From contig JAEHCQ010000007.1 of the NCBI GenBank assembly GCA_020696385.1, positions 56,818 through 120,817 of the forward strand: DNA of 64,000 nucleotides, read 5' to 3'. The position numbers and the translations under genes were made by a program. Of the stretch, positions 1 to 9,490 are shown piece after piece; position 1 is the first letter of the stretch; each line of letters begins with the position of its first letter. The notes beneath the pieces were generated by a model. The model was not told the origin of the DNA. It made no database searches and saw only the letters and a program-made list of their open reading frames with translations. This stretch comes from Methanobacteriota archaeon (GTDB lineage Archaea; Thermoplasmatota; Thermoplasmata; SG8-5; JAGLSY01).

Positions 1-486
1 AGCGGTCTTGACTATCTTCTCCTGGCGATCTGTGAGCAAATCATCATCCTTGATGCTTGTCAATTTGATCAGCTTTGGCTGGGCATCGTGTTTGTCCAGC
101 TCGGCAACAAGATTCTTCAGTTTTTCCCTGTCACCAGCCAACATGGTCCATTCGACCCGATCATCCTGGGTTGTGACCGAAGATATGAGGAAACAATCAC
201 ATTGTAAAAGAGCCTTGCAGCCATAGCACATCTTTGTCTTGACAATGCCCAGTGCCTTGCTGGAGTCCACATGGTCGATGTTCACTTCTCCCACTTCATC
301 TATACCCTCAATGAATTTCTTTACCTCTTCTATATCCGCACCATTGAGCTTGATCTCCACCAGATCTTGAACACCGTCTTTTCCAAATGGAATTATATCC
401 AATATCCTGACCTCGATGGGAAATCTCTTGACAACCTCGGTGTGCCAGATACCATATAGCTTAATTGAAAGAACTGCTTCGATCAT
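1..486 (-). CDS. Bacterio-opsin-activator-like (HTH_10) transcriptional regulator, truncated by the window edge
   Basis: Manually translated open frame absent from the ORF track: MIEAVLSIKLYGIWH...CYGCKALLQCDCFL...LLTDRQEKIVKTA. The LTxRQExI motif marks the start of the HTH_10 domain. Confidence 0.7.
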   Translation of the reverse strand, partial: MIEAVLSIKLYGIWHTEVVKRFPIEVRILDIIPFGKDGVQDLVEIKLNGADIEEVKKFIEGIDEVGEVNIDHVDSSKALGIVKTKMCYGCKALLQCDCFLISSVTTQDDRVEWTMLAGDREKLKNLVAELDKHDAQPKLIKLTSIKDDDLLTDRQEKIVKTA

Positions 487-640
487 GTTTCTCACTTACT
501 CCCGCGGCTCAAAAGGTAATCATTATATATAATCCTTAACTATAGCATTTATTAGAGATTGTCACATCTCATGCAATCGAAAGGGTTAATAACAAAATGC
601 AATTATACCCGGAGATATCCTTCATTGGTGGGACTCATAC

Positions 641-1504
641 ATGCAGAAGAAAAATCGTTCTGAACAAGACAGTGCAGAAGAAAAATACAGCGCCCTAGTG
701 GAAAAAAGGAATGAACTCAATACACAGGCTAGAGAATTTGCTGAAGCAAGGAATACTTTGAACGCAGAGCGAAGGCGCATTTTGGACGAGTCCAAGGAAC
801 TGAGAGATGAGCGCAAAAAAGCTGTAGACAAGATGCGCGAGCACAAAAAGAGAAGAAATCATTTCCAGGAGAAGGGAAAGGCTCTCATTGAAAAGAAGAA
901 GAAAAGCAAAGGGAAGATCCCAGAAGGCTTAAACAAGGAGATCGCAACAACCAGGGCCGATGTCAGGAGTCTGGATCACAAACAACAAACAGTACCCATG
1001 ACTGTCCAGGAAGAGAATGTTCTTCTTGACGAAATGAAGATCAAGATGAAGAACCTCAAAGACCTGGAGGTCGTTAAAGAGGAAGAAGACTCGATCATGG
1101 ATGATGTCAAAAAGACCGACCTTTCGATCAATGAACTTTTTGAACTGGCTGATGAGGAGCACAAGAAAGTTGTCGAATACTCCAATATAGCCAATGAGGC
1201 TCATGAGAAGATCAGTAACACGATGAAATCAATTTCTCATCTGATTTCTGAAGCGAACAAGAATCACGAAGCATATGTGGTCATGAAGGAAAAAGCAGAT
1301 GGCTTCCATCAGAAGGCCATGGAAATGCGCAAGAAGCTCATGGCCCTTAAAAACGAGAAGAGAGAGGAAGTCAGAGCTGGAAGGAAACAGGTAACAGACC
1401 ACAATAAAGATGTCAAGAAATACCTTGGCGATGAAAAAGACCTGGATAAAGCAGCGGATGATGCCCTACAACAGCTTCTTAAGAAAGGCAAGGTAGAGAT
1501 TTAA
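641..1504 (+). CDS. Archaeal coiled-coil protein (COG1340-like)
   Basis: 287 aa, K/E-rich heptad pattern, C-terminal LLKKGKVEI; stop overlaps the next start. Confidence 0.65.
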   Translation: MQKKNRSEQDSAEEKYSALVEKRNELNTQAREFAEARNTLNAERRRILDESKELRDERKKAVDKMREHKKRRNHFQEKGKALIEKKKKSKGKIPEGLNKEIATTRADVRSLDHKQQTVPMTVQEENVLLDEMKIKMKNLKDLEVVKEEEDSIMDDVKKTDLSINELFELADEEHKKVVEYSNIANEAHEKISNTMKSISHLISEANKNHEAYVVMKEKADGFHQKAMEMRKKLMALKNEKREEVRAGRKQVTDHNKDVKKYLGDEKDLDKAADDALQQLLKKGKVEI

Positions 1505-2628
1505 TGTCAGAAAATCTCAAGGCCGTCATTCTAGCAGGCGGTATTGGAAAACGCCTGAGGCCATTGACCGAACACAGGCCAAAACCATTGATACCCGTGG
1601 CAGGCAGACCATGTATTGATTTTGTTATCAGATCCTTAGTAAAAGGCGGCTTCACAGAGATCATTGTAACAACTGGCTATCTGTCAGATAGGCTAATAAA
1701 AAGTATCGGAGATGGCTCCAAGTACGGAGCGACCATTCTTTATTCCTTCGAGGAAGAGCCAGCTGGAACTGCGGGCGCAGTCAAGAAGGTGGCTGATTTT
1801 CTGGACGACACATTTGTTGTCGCCAGCGGCGATCTTTTGGCAGATATCGACATGGGCCAGCTTTTGAAATATCACAAGGACAAGGAAGCGATGGCCACCA
1901 TGGCCCTGACAAAGGTCAGTGACCCCACGGACTTTGGTATCGTGGGTATGAACAAGGCCAATAAGATCACAAAATTCGCAGAGAAACCGAAGAAAAAGGA
2001 TGTCTTCTCTAACCTTATCAATGCAGGTATCTACGTTCTTGAGCCAGAGGTCCTGGACATGATACCCGAGAATACGATGTACGATTTCTCCAAGCAGGTC
2101 TTCCCCGAGCTTCTGGCAGCGGATAAAAAACTGTACGGAAAGATGATCAAGGGCATCTGGAGAGATATTGGAAAACCCATCGACCTCCTTCAAGCCAGCC
2201 TGGATGTTGTTGAAAGGGAAGGCACGAAGATCAAGCTGGAGAAAGTGAAGACAAAGGGCAATATCATCATTGGAAAGAACACGGCCATCGAGAAGGGCGT
2301 GAAGATCATCGGGCCAGCATACATCGGTGATGATGTCTATGTTAGCTCTGGAACGGTCATAGACAAGTCATGTATCTATGATAGCGTTTTCATCGACCGG
2401 GACACGAACATAAAGAACAGTATAATCCTGGATGGCAGCAAGATAGGGTGGCAGAGCACCATTGTGGAAAGTGTGATCTCCAGGGATTGCCAGGTTGAAG
2501 AGGACGTGACAATCACCAAGAGCATAATCGGGGACAAGATGACGGTGAAGATCCACTCGAAATTGGAAGATGCGAACCTCACCCAGCCCCCAGAGAGCAA
2601 TAATGGCAATAGTAATCGCAATTTATAG
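1504..2628 (+). CDS. NDP-sugar pyrophosphorylase (mannose-1-phosphate guanylyltransferase-like) with left-handed beta-helix
   Basis: AVILAGGIGKRLRPLT..RPKPL, GTAGA, INAGIY, WRDIG, C-terminal hexapeptide repeats. Confidence 0.9.
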   Translation: MSENLKAVILAGGIGKRLRPLTEHRPKPLIPVAGRPCIDFVIRSLVKGGFTEIIVTTGYLSDRLIKSIGDGSKYGATILYSFEEEPAGTAGAVKKVADFLDDTFVVASGDLLADIDMGQLLKYHKDKEAMATMALTKVSDPTDFGIVGMNKANKITKFAEKPKKKDVFSNLINAGIYVLEPEVLDMIPENTMYDFSKQVFPELLAADKKLYGKMIKGIWRDIGKPIDLLQASLDVVEREGTKIKLEKVKTKGNIIIGKNTAIEKGVKIIGPAYIGDDVYVSSGTVIDKSCIYDSVFIDRDTNIKNSIILDGSKIGWQSTIVESVISRDCQVEEDVTITKSIIGDKMTVKIHSKLEDANLTQPPESNNGNSNRNL

Positions 2629-2690
2629 GCCATGAACCTCCAGCTAGAGTTGGAAGCTGCAATTTGTAACTAATTTCCATCTATTTTCAT

Positions 2691-3272
2691 TCAAGGATAA
2701 GAGATGATTACTTCAGTCCCGGCAGTGATATTATTTTCAGCAGCCAGCCCGTAGTTCATTTCGAGCACGTACAATGCAGGACCATCACTGTGATATCTTA
2801 TCAACTGTATATCTGGCGTGGCATTGTCCTCCACAATGGCCTCTTCCACATTGAGAACCTTAAGATCTTCACCTATGAACACGATATCAAGGGGTATCTC
2901 CACATTATTCATCCAGAATGTCCTATCATCGGGCTCGTTGAAAATGAACAGCATGCCTCGATCCTGAGAAAGATTTGTCACATACATCAGACCCTGCTGC
3001 CTGTCTGCTGTTGTATTGGCGATATCGCAGAATATTGTGAGGTTGGCATTTGTACTTCCTGATGTGTCTGGCATAAGGGTGACCGATGCCTCATAATCGA
3101 TGGTATTGTTTACAAGATCATCGTCAGGTCCATTATCGTCGTCATCATCATCACCATCGTTTTCATCATCCTGATCAGGTTCCAGACCCACATAAAGCAA
3201 GGCTGAGACCACCAATATCGAGATGATGGCTATGGCCAATATGATAATGATCTTATCTTTGGGCAATCTCAC
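2691..3272 (-). CDS. DUF192-family membrane-anchored protein
   Basis: N-terminal TM, acidic linker, RQQGLM..GMLFIF..FWMNN..PLDIVFI..YVLEMNYG. Confidence 0.85.
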   Translation of the reverse strand: MRLPKDKIIIILAIAIISILVVSALLYVGLEPDQDDENDGDDDDDDNGPDDDLVNNTIDYEASVTLMPDTSGSTNANLTIFCDIANTTADRQQGLMYVTNLSQDRGMLFIFNEPDDRTFWMNNVEIPLDIVFIGEDLKVLNVEEAIVEDNATPDIQLIRYHSDGPALYVLEMNYGLAAENNITAGTEVIISYP

Positions 3273-3410
3273 ACCAGATGATACATGAAGTTCAGTCTAT
3301 TTTAAACTTCATGTTTCAGAGAATTTTATCAGCCAGTTTGAAGTCAGGAGGTCCTTGACCAGGTCTGCTAACAACCATCAGTAAAACTTAGGGATGATTT
3401 AATATCCAAA

Positions 3411-4184
3411 GTGGCCAATCATGTCCTGATGACCGAATGGGATGCCGAGATTTTGATCATTATCATATGTTTCACATTATCATTCTTAGCCCATAGAAAA
3501 TCAATTCTGACAAAAAATGGTTCTATCGGAGCCTTTTTCGTCGGCATCATCATAGGCATAATGGGACATATCACCTGGGTCATTCTATTATTGATATTCT
3601 TCCTGACCAGCTTCCTTGCCACCAAATATAAATTTGAATACAAGAAAACTAAGGGACTTCAGGAAGGGAAAGGCGGCGAGAGAGGGCTGAAGAACGTACT
3701 GGCAAATGGGGCTGTGCCAGTCCTTATCGCGATATTGAGCTTCGTATCCGAACACTATTCCTATCTTGACAAGGGGACATGGTCGATAATATTCATCTCA
3801 TCGATCGCGGTCGCTGCTTCAGACACCCTGGCCAGTGAATTGGGAGTGATATCGGATAAAGTATATCTCATCACCAATGGAAAAAGGGTGAAAGCGGGCG
3901 TGGATGGTGGGATTTCCGCCCTCGGGCAAATGGCGGCCTTCATTGCCGCCGCCTATACCGCGGCACTTGGATTCCTGGCCTTTACGTATTTCGATCTCAT
4001 AGACCAGTGCTGGTGCTTCGTAATACCTCTCGTCACTTTCATCGGTTTCCTTGGATGTCAGGTCGACAGTGTCTTCGGGGCAACCCTGGAAACAAAGGGA
4101 ATACTTACAAAATTAACAAATAATCTGTCGTCAATAGCTATTGGCGCGATAATAGCATGGTGGATACTGACATGGCTCGTATGA
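3411..4184 (+). CDS. DUF92/TMEM19-family membrane protein
   Basis: RGLKNVLANG, AASDTLASELG, GVDGGIS, DSVFGATLE motifs; multiple TMs. Confidence 0.85.
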   Translation: MANHVLMTEWDAEILIIIICFTLSFLAHRKSILTKNGSIGAFFVGIIIGIMGHITWVILLLIFFLTSFLATKYKFEYKKTKGLQEGKGGERGLKNVLANGAVPVLIAILSFVSEHYSYLDKGTWSIIFISSIAVAASDTLASELGVISDKVYLITNGKRVKAGVDGGISALGQMAAFIAAAYTAALGFLAFTYFDLIDQCWCFVIPLVTFIGFLGCQVDSVFGATLETKGILTKLTNNLSSIAIGAIIAWWILTWLV

Positions 4185-5401
4185 AGATACTGATGATCAT
4201 ATGTGATGGGATGGCTGACAGGCCGTCGAATGAATTGAAGGGCAAGACCCCGATGGAAGCCGCCTCCACGCCGGCCATGGACAAGCTGGCAAAGCAAGGT
4301 TCCAATGGTCTGATGGACCCGATCGGAAAGGGCATAGTTCCAGGTAGTGACACAGCCCATCTTTCACTTTTTGGCTATGATCCATACACTTATTATTGCG
4401 GCAGAGGAACTCTCGAAGCCGCCGGCCTCGGCATTTACATGAAAAATGGCGATGTGGCCTTCAGATGTAATTTCGCGACAGCCGATAGCGACCTGCGGAT
4501 ACTCGACCGCAGGGCTGGCAGAATTGCCTTCGGAACTGAAGAACTGGCCGAGTCCATAAACGGGCTGGTGATCGACGGCGTGAAGGTGATATTCAAGGAC
4601 GCGGTCGAGCATCGTTCCGTCATGGTCCTTCGAGGCCCTGGACTTAGCTCGAATGTTTCTGAGGTCGACCCCCATCACGAGAATGAAATAGCCTGGAAAT
4701 CCGTAGCTACGAAACCTGGCGCGGAGAAGACCGCGGACATACTGAATAAATTCACCAGAATGTCCTTTGACATTCTGCACAAACACCCGATAAATATCGC
4801 AAGAAAGGAAGAGGGATTGCTTCCCGCGAACATCATACTGGCCAGAGGCCCGGGGGACGTGCCAGACATCCCGACCTTCAAAGAGGTTCATGGAATGAAG
4901 GCCTCGGCCATAGTCGGGATCACTCTTGTCAAAGGTCTGTGCCGCATAATTGGAATGGAAGTGCCCGAGATAGAGGGCGCGACCGGAGGAGCGGACACCA
5001 GCCTGCAAAATAAAACGCAGGCTGTCCTGGAAGCTCTGGAAGACCATGACTTCGTGCTGTGGCATATCAAGGCGACCGATGTCTTCGGTCATGATGGCGA
5101 CGCCACTGGCAAAAGGGACTTCATCGAGAAGATCGATGCAAGTTTGGCTGGTTTGGTGGAAAACCTGGATGACCAGGTTCTGATCGCCATAACCGCCGAC
5201 CATTCCACGCCAACCACGGTAAAGGACCATGCTTCCGACCCCGTGCCTTTGCTGATATATGGCAAAGGATTGAGGGCTGATAAAGTACAGGCATTCAATG
5301 AGCTGGAGGTTTCCCAGGGATCCTTGGGAACCATTCAAGGCCTGGAGCTTATGCAGATATTGAAGGGGCTTGGGGGATGGAACGATAAGTTCGGTGCGTA
5401 A
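4181..5401 (+). CDS. apgM: 2,3-bisphosphoglycerate-independent phosphoglycerate mutase (archaeal type)
   Basis: DGMADRP, TPME, PGSDTAHL, GRGTLEAAG, HIKATDVFGHDG, TADHSTP; ATGA overlap with the upstream gene gives start 4181. Confidence 0.93.
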   Translation: MKILMIICDGMADRPSNELKGKTPMEAASTPAMDKLAKQGSNGLMDPIGKGIVPGSDTAHLSLFGYDPYTYYCGRGTLEAAGLGIYMKNGDVAFRCNFATADSDLRILDRRAGRIAFGTEELAESINGLVIDGVKVIFKDAVEHRSVMVLRGPGLSSNVSEVDPHHENEIAWKSVATKPGAEKTADILNKFTRMSFDILHKHPINIARKEEGLLPANIILARGPGDVPDIPTFKEVHGMKASAIVGITLVKGLCRIIGMEVPEIEGATGGADTSLQNKTQAVLEALEDHDFVLWHIKATDVFGHDGDATGKRDFIEKIDASLAGLVENLDDQVLIAITADHSTPTTVKDHASDPVPLLIYGKGLRADKVQAFNELEVSQGSLGTIQGLELMQILKGLGGWNDKFGA

Positions 5402-5453
5402 GCCTTTTCTTACTTCCTATCTACCTTAAATATAATATCGATAATGGCAGTTC

Positions 5454-6437
5454 GTGAACGCAAAGAGCATACCCACTGTACTATCGGCAGACGAGATACT
5501 GGAAAAAGCCTTCAAGAGAGCGGACAAGTTCCAGATCTGGAACGCGGGCAATCGTAAGAAGACCCGCGCGGAATCTGGCTCGAAGCTCAATTCATTCGGC
5601 CACACGATATCCAGTAAATTGAGAATGTATGTGAGAAAGTTCCCCAGCATGGACCAGCTTCACCCCTTCTATTATTCACTCATTGATCTCAAGATCGACA
5701 ATGACAAGCTCAGGCACTCACTGGGCGCCTTGCAATGGGCGGCCAATACCACGGACGCGGTCCTCAAAGAGAATGAGAGGAAGCTCAAAGGAGCCGAGGG
5801 CAAGAAGGACATGGAGAAGGTGAGAAAGGGTGCGTACGGCAGGATCTCATCGATCGTCAGAAAAGTGGAGAAAGACCTTGTCCTGCTTCAGGAAACAAGA
5901 GAGTTCATGAAGACACTTCCAGAGATAGATGTCGATGAGCCAGTCACTGTTATCGCGGGCGCTCCGAATGTCGGAAAGTCAGCTGTGATGACAAGGCTGA
6001 CAGCGGCCACACCCAAAATCGCTTCCTATCCTTTCACCACCCAGAACATTAGCATCGGGCACATGGACCTGGAAGGAGAAAGATTCCAGATCATGGACAC
6101 CCCGGGATTGCTGGACAGACCTCTTGAGGAGAGAAATGACATCGAAAGGCACGCGATCTTGGCAATAGAACATATTGCCAGCGTCATTGTCTTCATCCTC
6201 GACCCATCGGAATCATGCGGCTATGTCATGGAGGAGCAGAAGAATCTGCGAGCCACCATCATGAAGTCCTTCCCCGAGGCAAGATTCATCACTATCACGA
6301 ACAAATCCGATATGGCGACCATGGACGAGCACATGGCCGTTTCAGCTCTGTACGACAAGGGATTTGATGAGCTGGAAAAACTTCTTTACAAGGAGCTGGA
6401 TGCAATTCCACCTGCACCTTATTATGGGCCGGATTGA
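5454..6437 (+). CDS. NOG1-family GTP-binding protein
   Basis: LHPFY, GAPNVGKS, YPFTT, DTPGLLDRPLEERNDIE, NKSD. Confidence 0.9.
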   Translation: MNAKSIPTVLSADEILEKAFKRADKFQIWNAGNRKKTRAESGSKLNSFGHTISSKLRMYVRKFPSMDQLHPFYYSLIDLKIDNDKLRHSLGALQWAANTTDAVLKENERKLKGAEGKKDMEKVRKGAYGRISSIVRKVEKDLVLLQETREFMKTLPEIDVDEPVTVIAGAPNVGKSAVMTRLTAATPKIASYPFTTQNISIGHMDLEGERFQIMDTPGLLDRPLEERNDIERHAILAIEHIASVIVFILDPSESCGYVMEEQKNLRATIMKSFPEARFITITNKSDMATMDEHMAVSALYDKGFDELEKLLYKELDAIPPAPYYGPD

Positions 6438-6449
6438 GTAATAGAAAGA

Positions 6450-9200
6450 TCAATCCCAGAACCTCTTCGTTCTCGCATACTTAACTTCCGCATTGAGGAT
6501 GGCAGTTAAGAAATCATCCTCATCCTGATACGATCTCTGAAGGATCAAAGCCGCATTGCCAGGCCCCACACCCCGGGCGGCCAGGCAGAGCGCGGCCTTC
6601 TGTCCATGATTGCTCATTAAAGAGGCTGTTTTCATCATGTTCTTTATTTCCTTCTTTTCTTCGAGGGTTGGATTCTTCTTTTTTAGAAGCTTCAGGCGAT
6701 CCATCTGGTGCCTTCTTATAGTGGCCACCATGACCGCACCGCATTTGTCGCAGGATACACGATCCTGGATGGATGACACGGATCGTATGGACTTGCTACT
6801 GCAGTTCATGCACACCTGAACCATTCGTTCCTTCTCCAGTCGCTTTTTGAGGGCCATGAGGATCGCGTGAGTTGGACGTGCTGGCATCATCATGTCCATT
6901 CTCTGTTCTATACCCTCCTTACCGATGGGTGATAGAGCAGATCTCTCCAGAGTGATCTTCCCACTCTGGATCCTCTCGATTATTTGAATGGTCAAGGGGA
7001 TGTCCAGGTTCTCATAAACGGTCTTGTTTATTGCCTCCTTCATTATCGGAGTTCCAGTGTACGATCCCATTATTCTCTCGATGTTCAGGCTTCGGTAATC
7101 CGCATCCTTTCTGATGGCTCCGAACTTCTTGGCCACGTACACGAACTTCCACCTTAGGTAGGCCGTGTTCCGGAGGTATATCCGAAGAATATCGCTCACG
7201 GTTGCTGGGTCGGTCTTGGTGAATATGTTCTCGATTATCTCGATATTCACCATTCTGGGAAGGTGGAGCAGGATCCGATACGGATCGGTCCTGACAGCGA
7301 CAGATTCTCCCATCCTGGCCATCAGAAGCGCGGACACCAGTTTTCCCAGTGTTTCATTCACCTTGCTTCCAAAACAGGCATTGATGACGATCGTACGATC
7401 GGATGTCTCGATGGTCATTTTCTTATCGGTCGGGACAAGGCATTTCACCCTCTGGCTAGCCAGGAAATCCTGAGCCTTTTTCCTGGCATCCGCCCTTGCT
7501 GGATAATCATCATAATTTTCCCTTTCTCTCAGCCTGCCAACTTCCTGGGCAACGGCATAGGGTATTGGAATGTCCTCGCCAGACCATGACGGGACAGTTC
7601 CCAGACCGAGTGAAGGCTCGACTAATATCGTGTCTTCCTCGATGGACACGATATTCCAAGGCCTTCCCCTGACAATTAAGGAAGCGGTGGGCTCCGCATA
7701 GGCAATTACAAAGCTCTCATCCAGCTTGCCAATTGGTTTCCGTGTTGTGATGTCCACGACCCGGAAAGTCCTTTCATCAGGTATCATAGAAACATTATCG
7801 AAAAAGTGAAGTCGCGACCTCTTGGTCCTGCGGAACTCGTCATCCTCGACCCAGACCACCCTGATCTCACCAAGTTGCTCAACAACACGATCGAAATCAT
7901 CCCTATCCAGTGTCTGAAATGGATAGGCTTTTGTCACGATATTATAGAAATCCTCGATATTCTCATCACCAACCTGCATCGCGTGGGCGATCACCTGATT
8001 GGCCAGGACCACCAAAGGATTGAGCCGGATATCGGTCTGCTCAAGTTCGCCAGCCAATGCTCTGCGGGCGACAACTAACGATTCCAATATGTCATCGGGT
8101 GTATCAGCGATTATCACTCCTTTTGATAACTGGCCGATCTTGTGACCCGATCGCCCCAGTCTCTGCACCAGCCTGGATGCTTCTCTTGGGGAATTGTATT
8201 GAATAGTGAAATCAGCAGATCCGACATCGATACCCAGCTCCAGGGAGGATGTACATATAAGAGCGTCCAGCACCTGGGCCTTGAACTCGTCCTCCATCTG
8301 TATCCTGATATCCTTGGAAAGAGAACCATGATGCACCCCGACAGGATGGTCCGGGTCTATAAGATGAAAACGAGCACCCAGTATCTCGGCCGAGTCTCTC
8401 GTATTGACAAAAAGCAGGGTGGAATTATGCGCCTTGATCTGCTCCGAACAGAAGCGAAGGCGAGCGGCAGTATCCTCATCCGAGTGTATGGTGTCAGCCA
8501 ATAGCTCATCTCCTTTTACAGGAACTGGCGATGAGACCTTGACGGACATCCTTTTGTCCCTGGCGACATTGACGATCTCTATCGGTTTACTGCTGCCTCG
8601 GAGGAACCTGGCCACTTCCTCCGGTGTGCCGACAGTTGCTGAAAGACCGATCCTCTGAAAATCATGATCGGCCAGCACCCTCAGCCTTTCCAAGCCAATG
8701 GACAACTGGGCCCCCCTCTCGTCCTGTGCCAGCTCGTGGATCTCATCGATCACAATGTGCCTGACATTCTTCAGGATGTTCTTCAGCCGAGAGCCAGTCA
8801 TCATTATCTGAAATGTCTCCGGGGTCGTGATAAGTATCTGGGGTGGCTTCAACACCTGTTTTCTGCGATCGTTCTGGGTAGTATCACCGTGCCTGACACC
8901 GACGGTCACACCCAATCTTTCCCCGAACCAGGTCATCCTCTTCATCATGTCCCTGTTCAGAGCTCGTAGAGGTGTGATATAAAGCGTATGAAATCCCTTT
9001 GGCTGAGTTTCCAGTATCCTGTGGAATATCGGCAAAATAGCGGCCTCGGTCTTCCCAATGCCAGTCGGAGCTACCAGTAAAAGATTATTTCCTTCCAATG
9101 AAACTGGAATGACCTGTGATTGTGCATCGGTCGGGCGTGAAATACCCAGCTCCTTCATCGCATCCCTTATCCTGGGATCCAAAAGATCGAACGCGCTCAT
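6450..9200 (-). CDS. lhr: Lhr-family (Lhr-core) ATP-dependent helicase
   Basis: APTGIGKT, ITPLRALNRD, DEIH, GLSAT, HHGSLS, SSLELGIDVG, QRLGRSGH; C-terminal zinc finger. Confidence 0.92.
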   Translation of the reverse strand: MSAFDLLDPRIRDAMKELGISRPTDAQSQVIPVSLEGNNLLLVAPTGIGKTEAAILPIFHRILETQPKGFHTLYITPLRALNRDMMKRMTWFGERLGVTVGVRHGDTTQNDRRKQVLKPPQILITTPETFQIMMTGSRLKNILKNVRHIVIDEIHELAQDERGAQLSIGLERLRVLADHDFQRIGLSATVGTPEEVARFLRGSSKPIEIVNVARDKRMSVKVSSPVPVKGDELLADTIHSDEDTAARLRFCSEQIKAHNSTLLFVNTRDSAEILGARFHLIDPDHPVGVHHGSLSKDIRIQMEDEFKAQVLDALICTSSLELGIDVGSADFTIQYNSPREASRLVQRLGRSGHKIGQLSKGVIIADTPDDILESLVVARRALAGELEQTDIRLNPLVVLANQVIAHAMQVGDENIEDFYNIVTKAYPFQTLDRDDFDRVVEQLGEIRVVWVEDDEFRRTKRSRLHFFDNVSMIPDERTFRVVDITTRKPIGKLDESFVIAYAEPTASLIVRGRPWNIVSIEEDTILVEPSLGLGTVPSWSGEDIPIPYAVAQEVGRLRERENYDDYPARADARKKAQDFLASQRVKCLVPTDKKMTIETSDRTIVINACFGSKVNETLGKLVSALLMARMGESVAVRTDPYRILLHLPRMVNIEIIENIFTKTDPATVSDILRIYLRNTAYLRWKFVYVAKKFGAIRKDADYRSLNIERIMGSYTGTPIMKEAINKTVYENLDIPLTIQIIERIQSGKITLERSALSPIGKEGIEQRMDMMMPARPTHAILMALKKRLEKERMVQVCMNCSSKSIRSVSSIQDRVSCDKCGAVMVATIRRHQMDRLKLLKKKNPTLEEKKEIKNMMKTASLMSNHGQKAALCLAARGVGPGNAALILQRSYQDEDDFLTAILNAEVKYARTKRFWD

Positions 9201-9301
9201 TGTATTGACTATATAGATGGAATATAGAATATAAACCTAATGAAGAGAGGGGGGTGACCGAAAGCATTAATATTGCGATTTTTATGCAGATACCACTACG
9301 G

Positions 9302-9378
9302 GGGCCCGTAGCTTAGTCTGGTGGAGCGTCTGGCTCATAACCAGATGGCCGCCGGTTCAAATCCGGTCGGGCCCACCA
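9302..9378 (+). tRNA. tRNA with CAT anticodon, most likely tRNA-Ile2 (agmatidine-modified); CCA encoded
   Basis: Cloverleaf with GGGCCCG/CGGGCCC acceptor stem, TCTGG-CTCATAA-CCAGA anticodon arm, GGTTCAAATCC T-arm and ACCA end. The GGGCCC acceptor matches archaeal Ile tRNAs rather than Met. Confidence 0.9.
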
Positions 9379-9490
9379 AACTTTATGAATAATTATATTC
9401 CGCGGATTACCCATGAAAGAGTTTTATACTTGAGGGCAAATGTAACGACTGTGTTTGTAGAATAACAAAACACAGACAGGATGGATCAAC

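Noticed and set aside
2560-2672. Displaced 3'-end duplicate behind the NDP-sugar pyrophosphorylase
   Set aside because: Only short scattered matches (GAACCTC, TTGGAAG, GCAATTT), not collinear; insufficient support.
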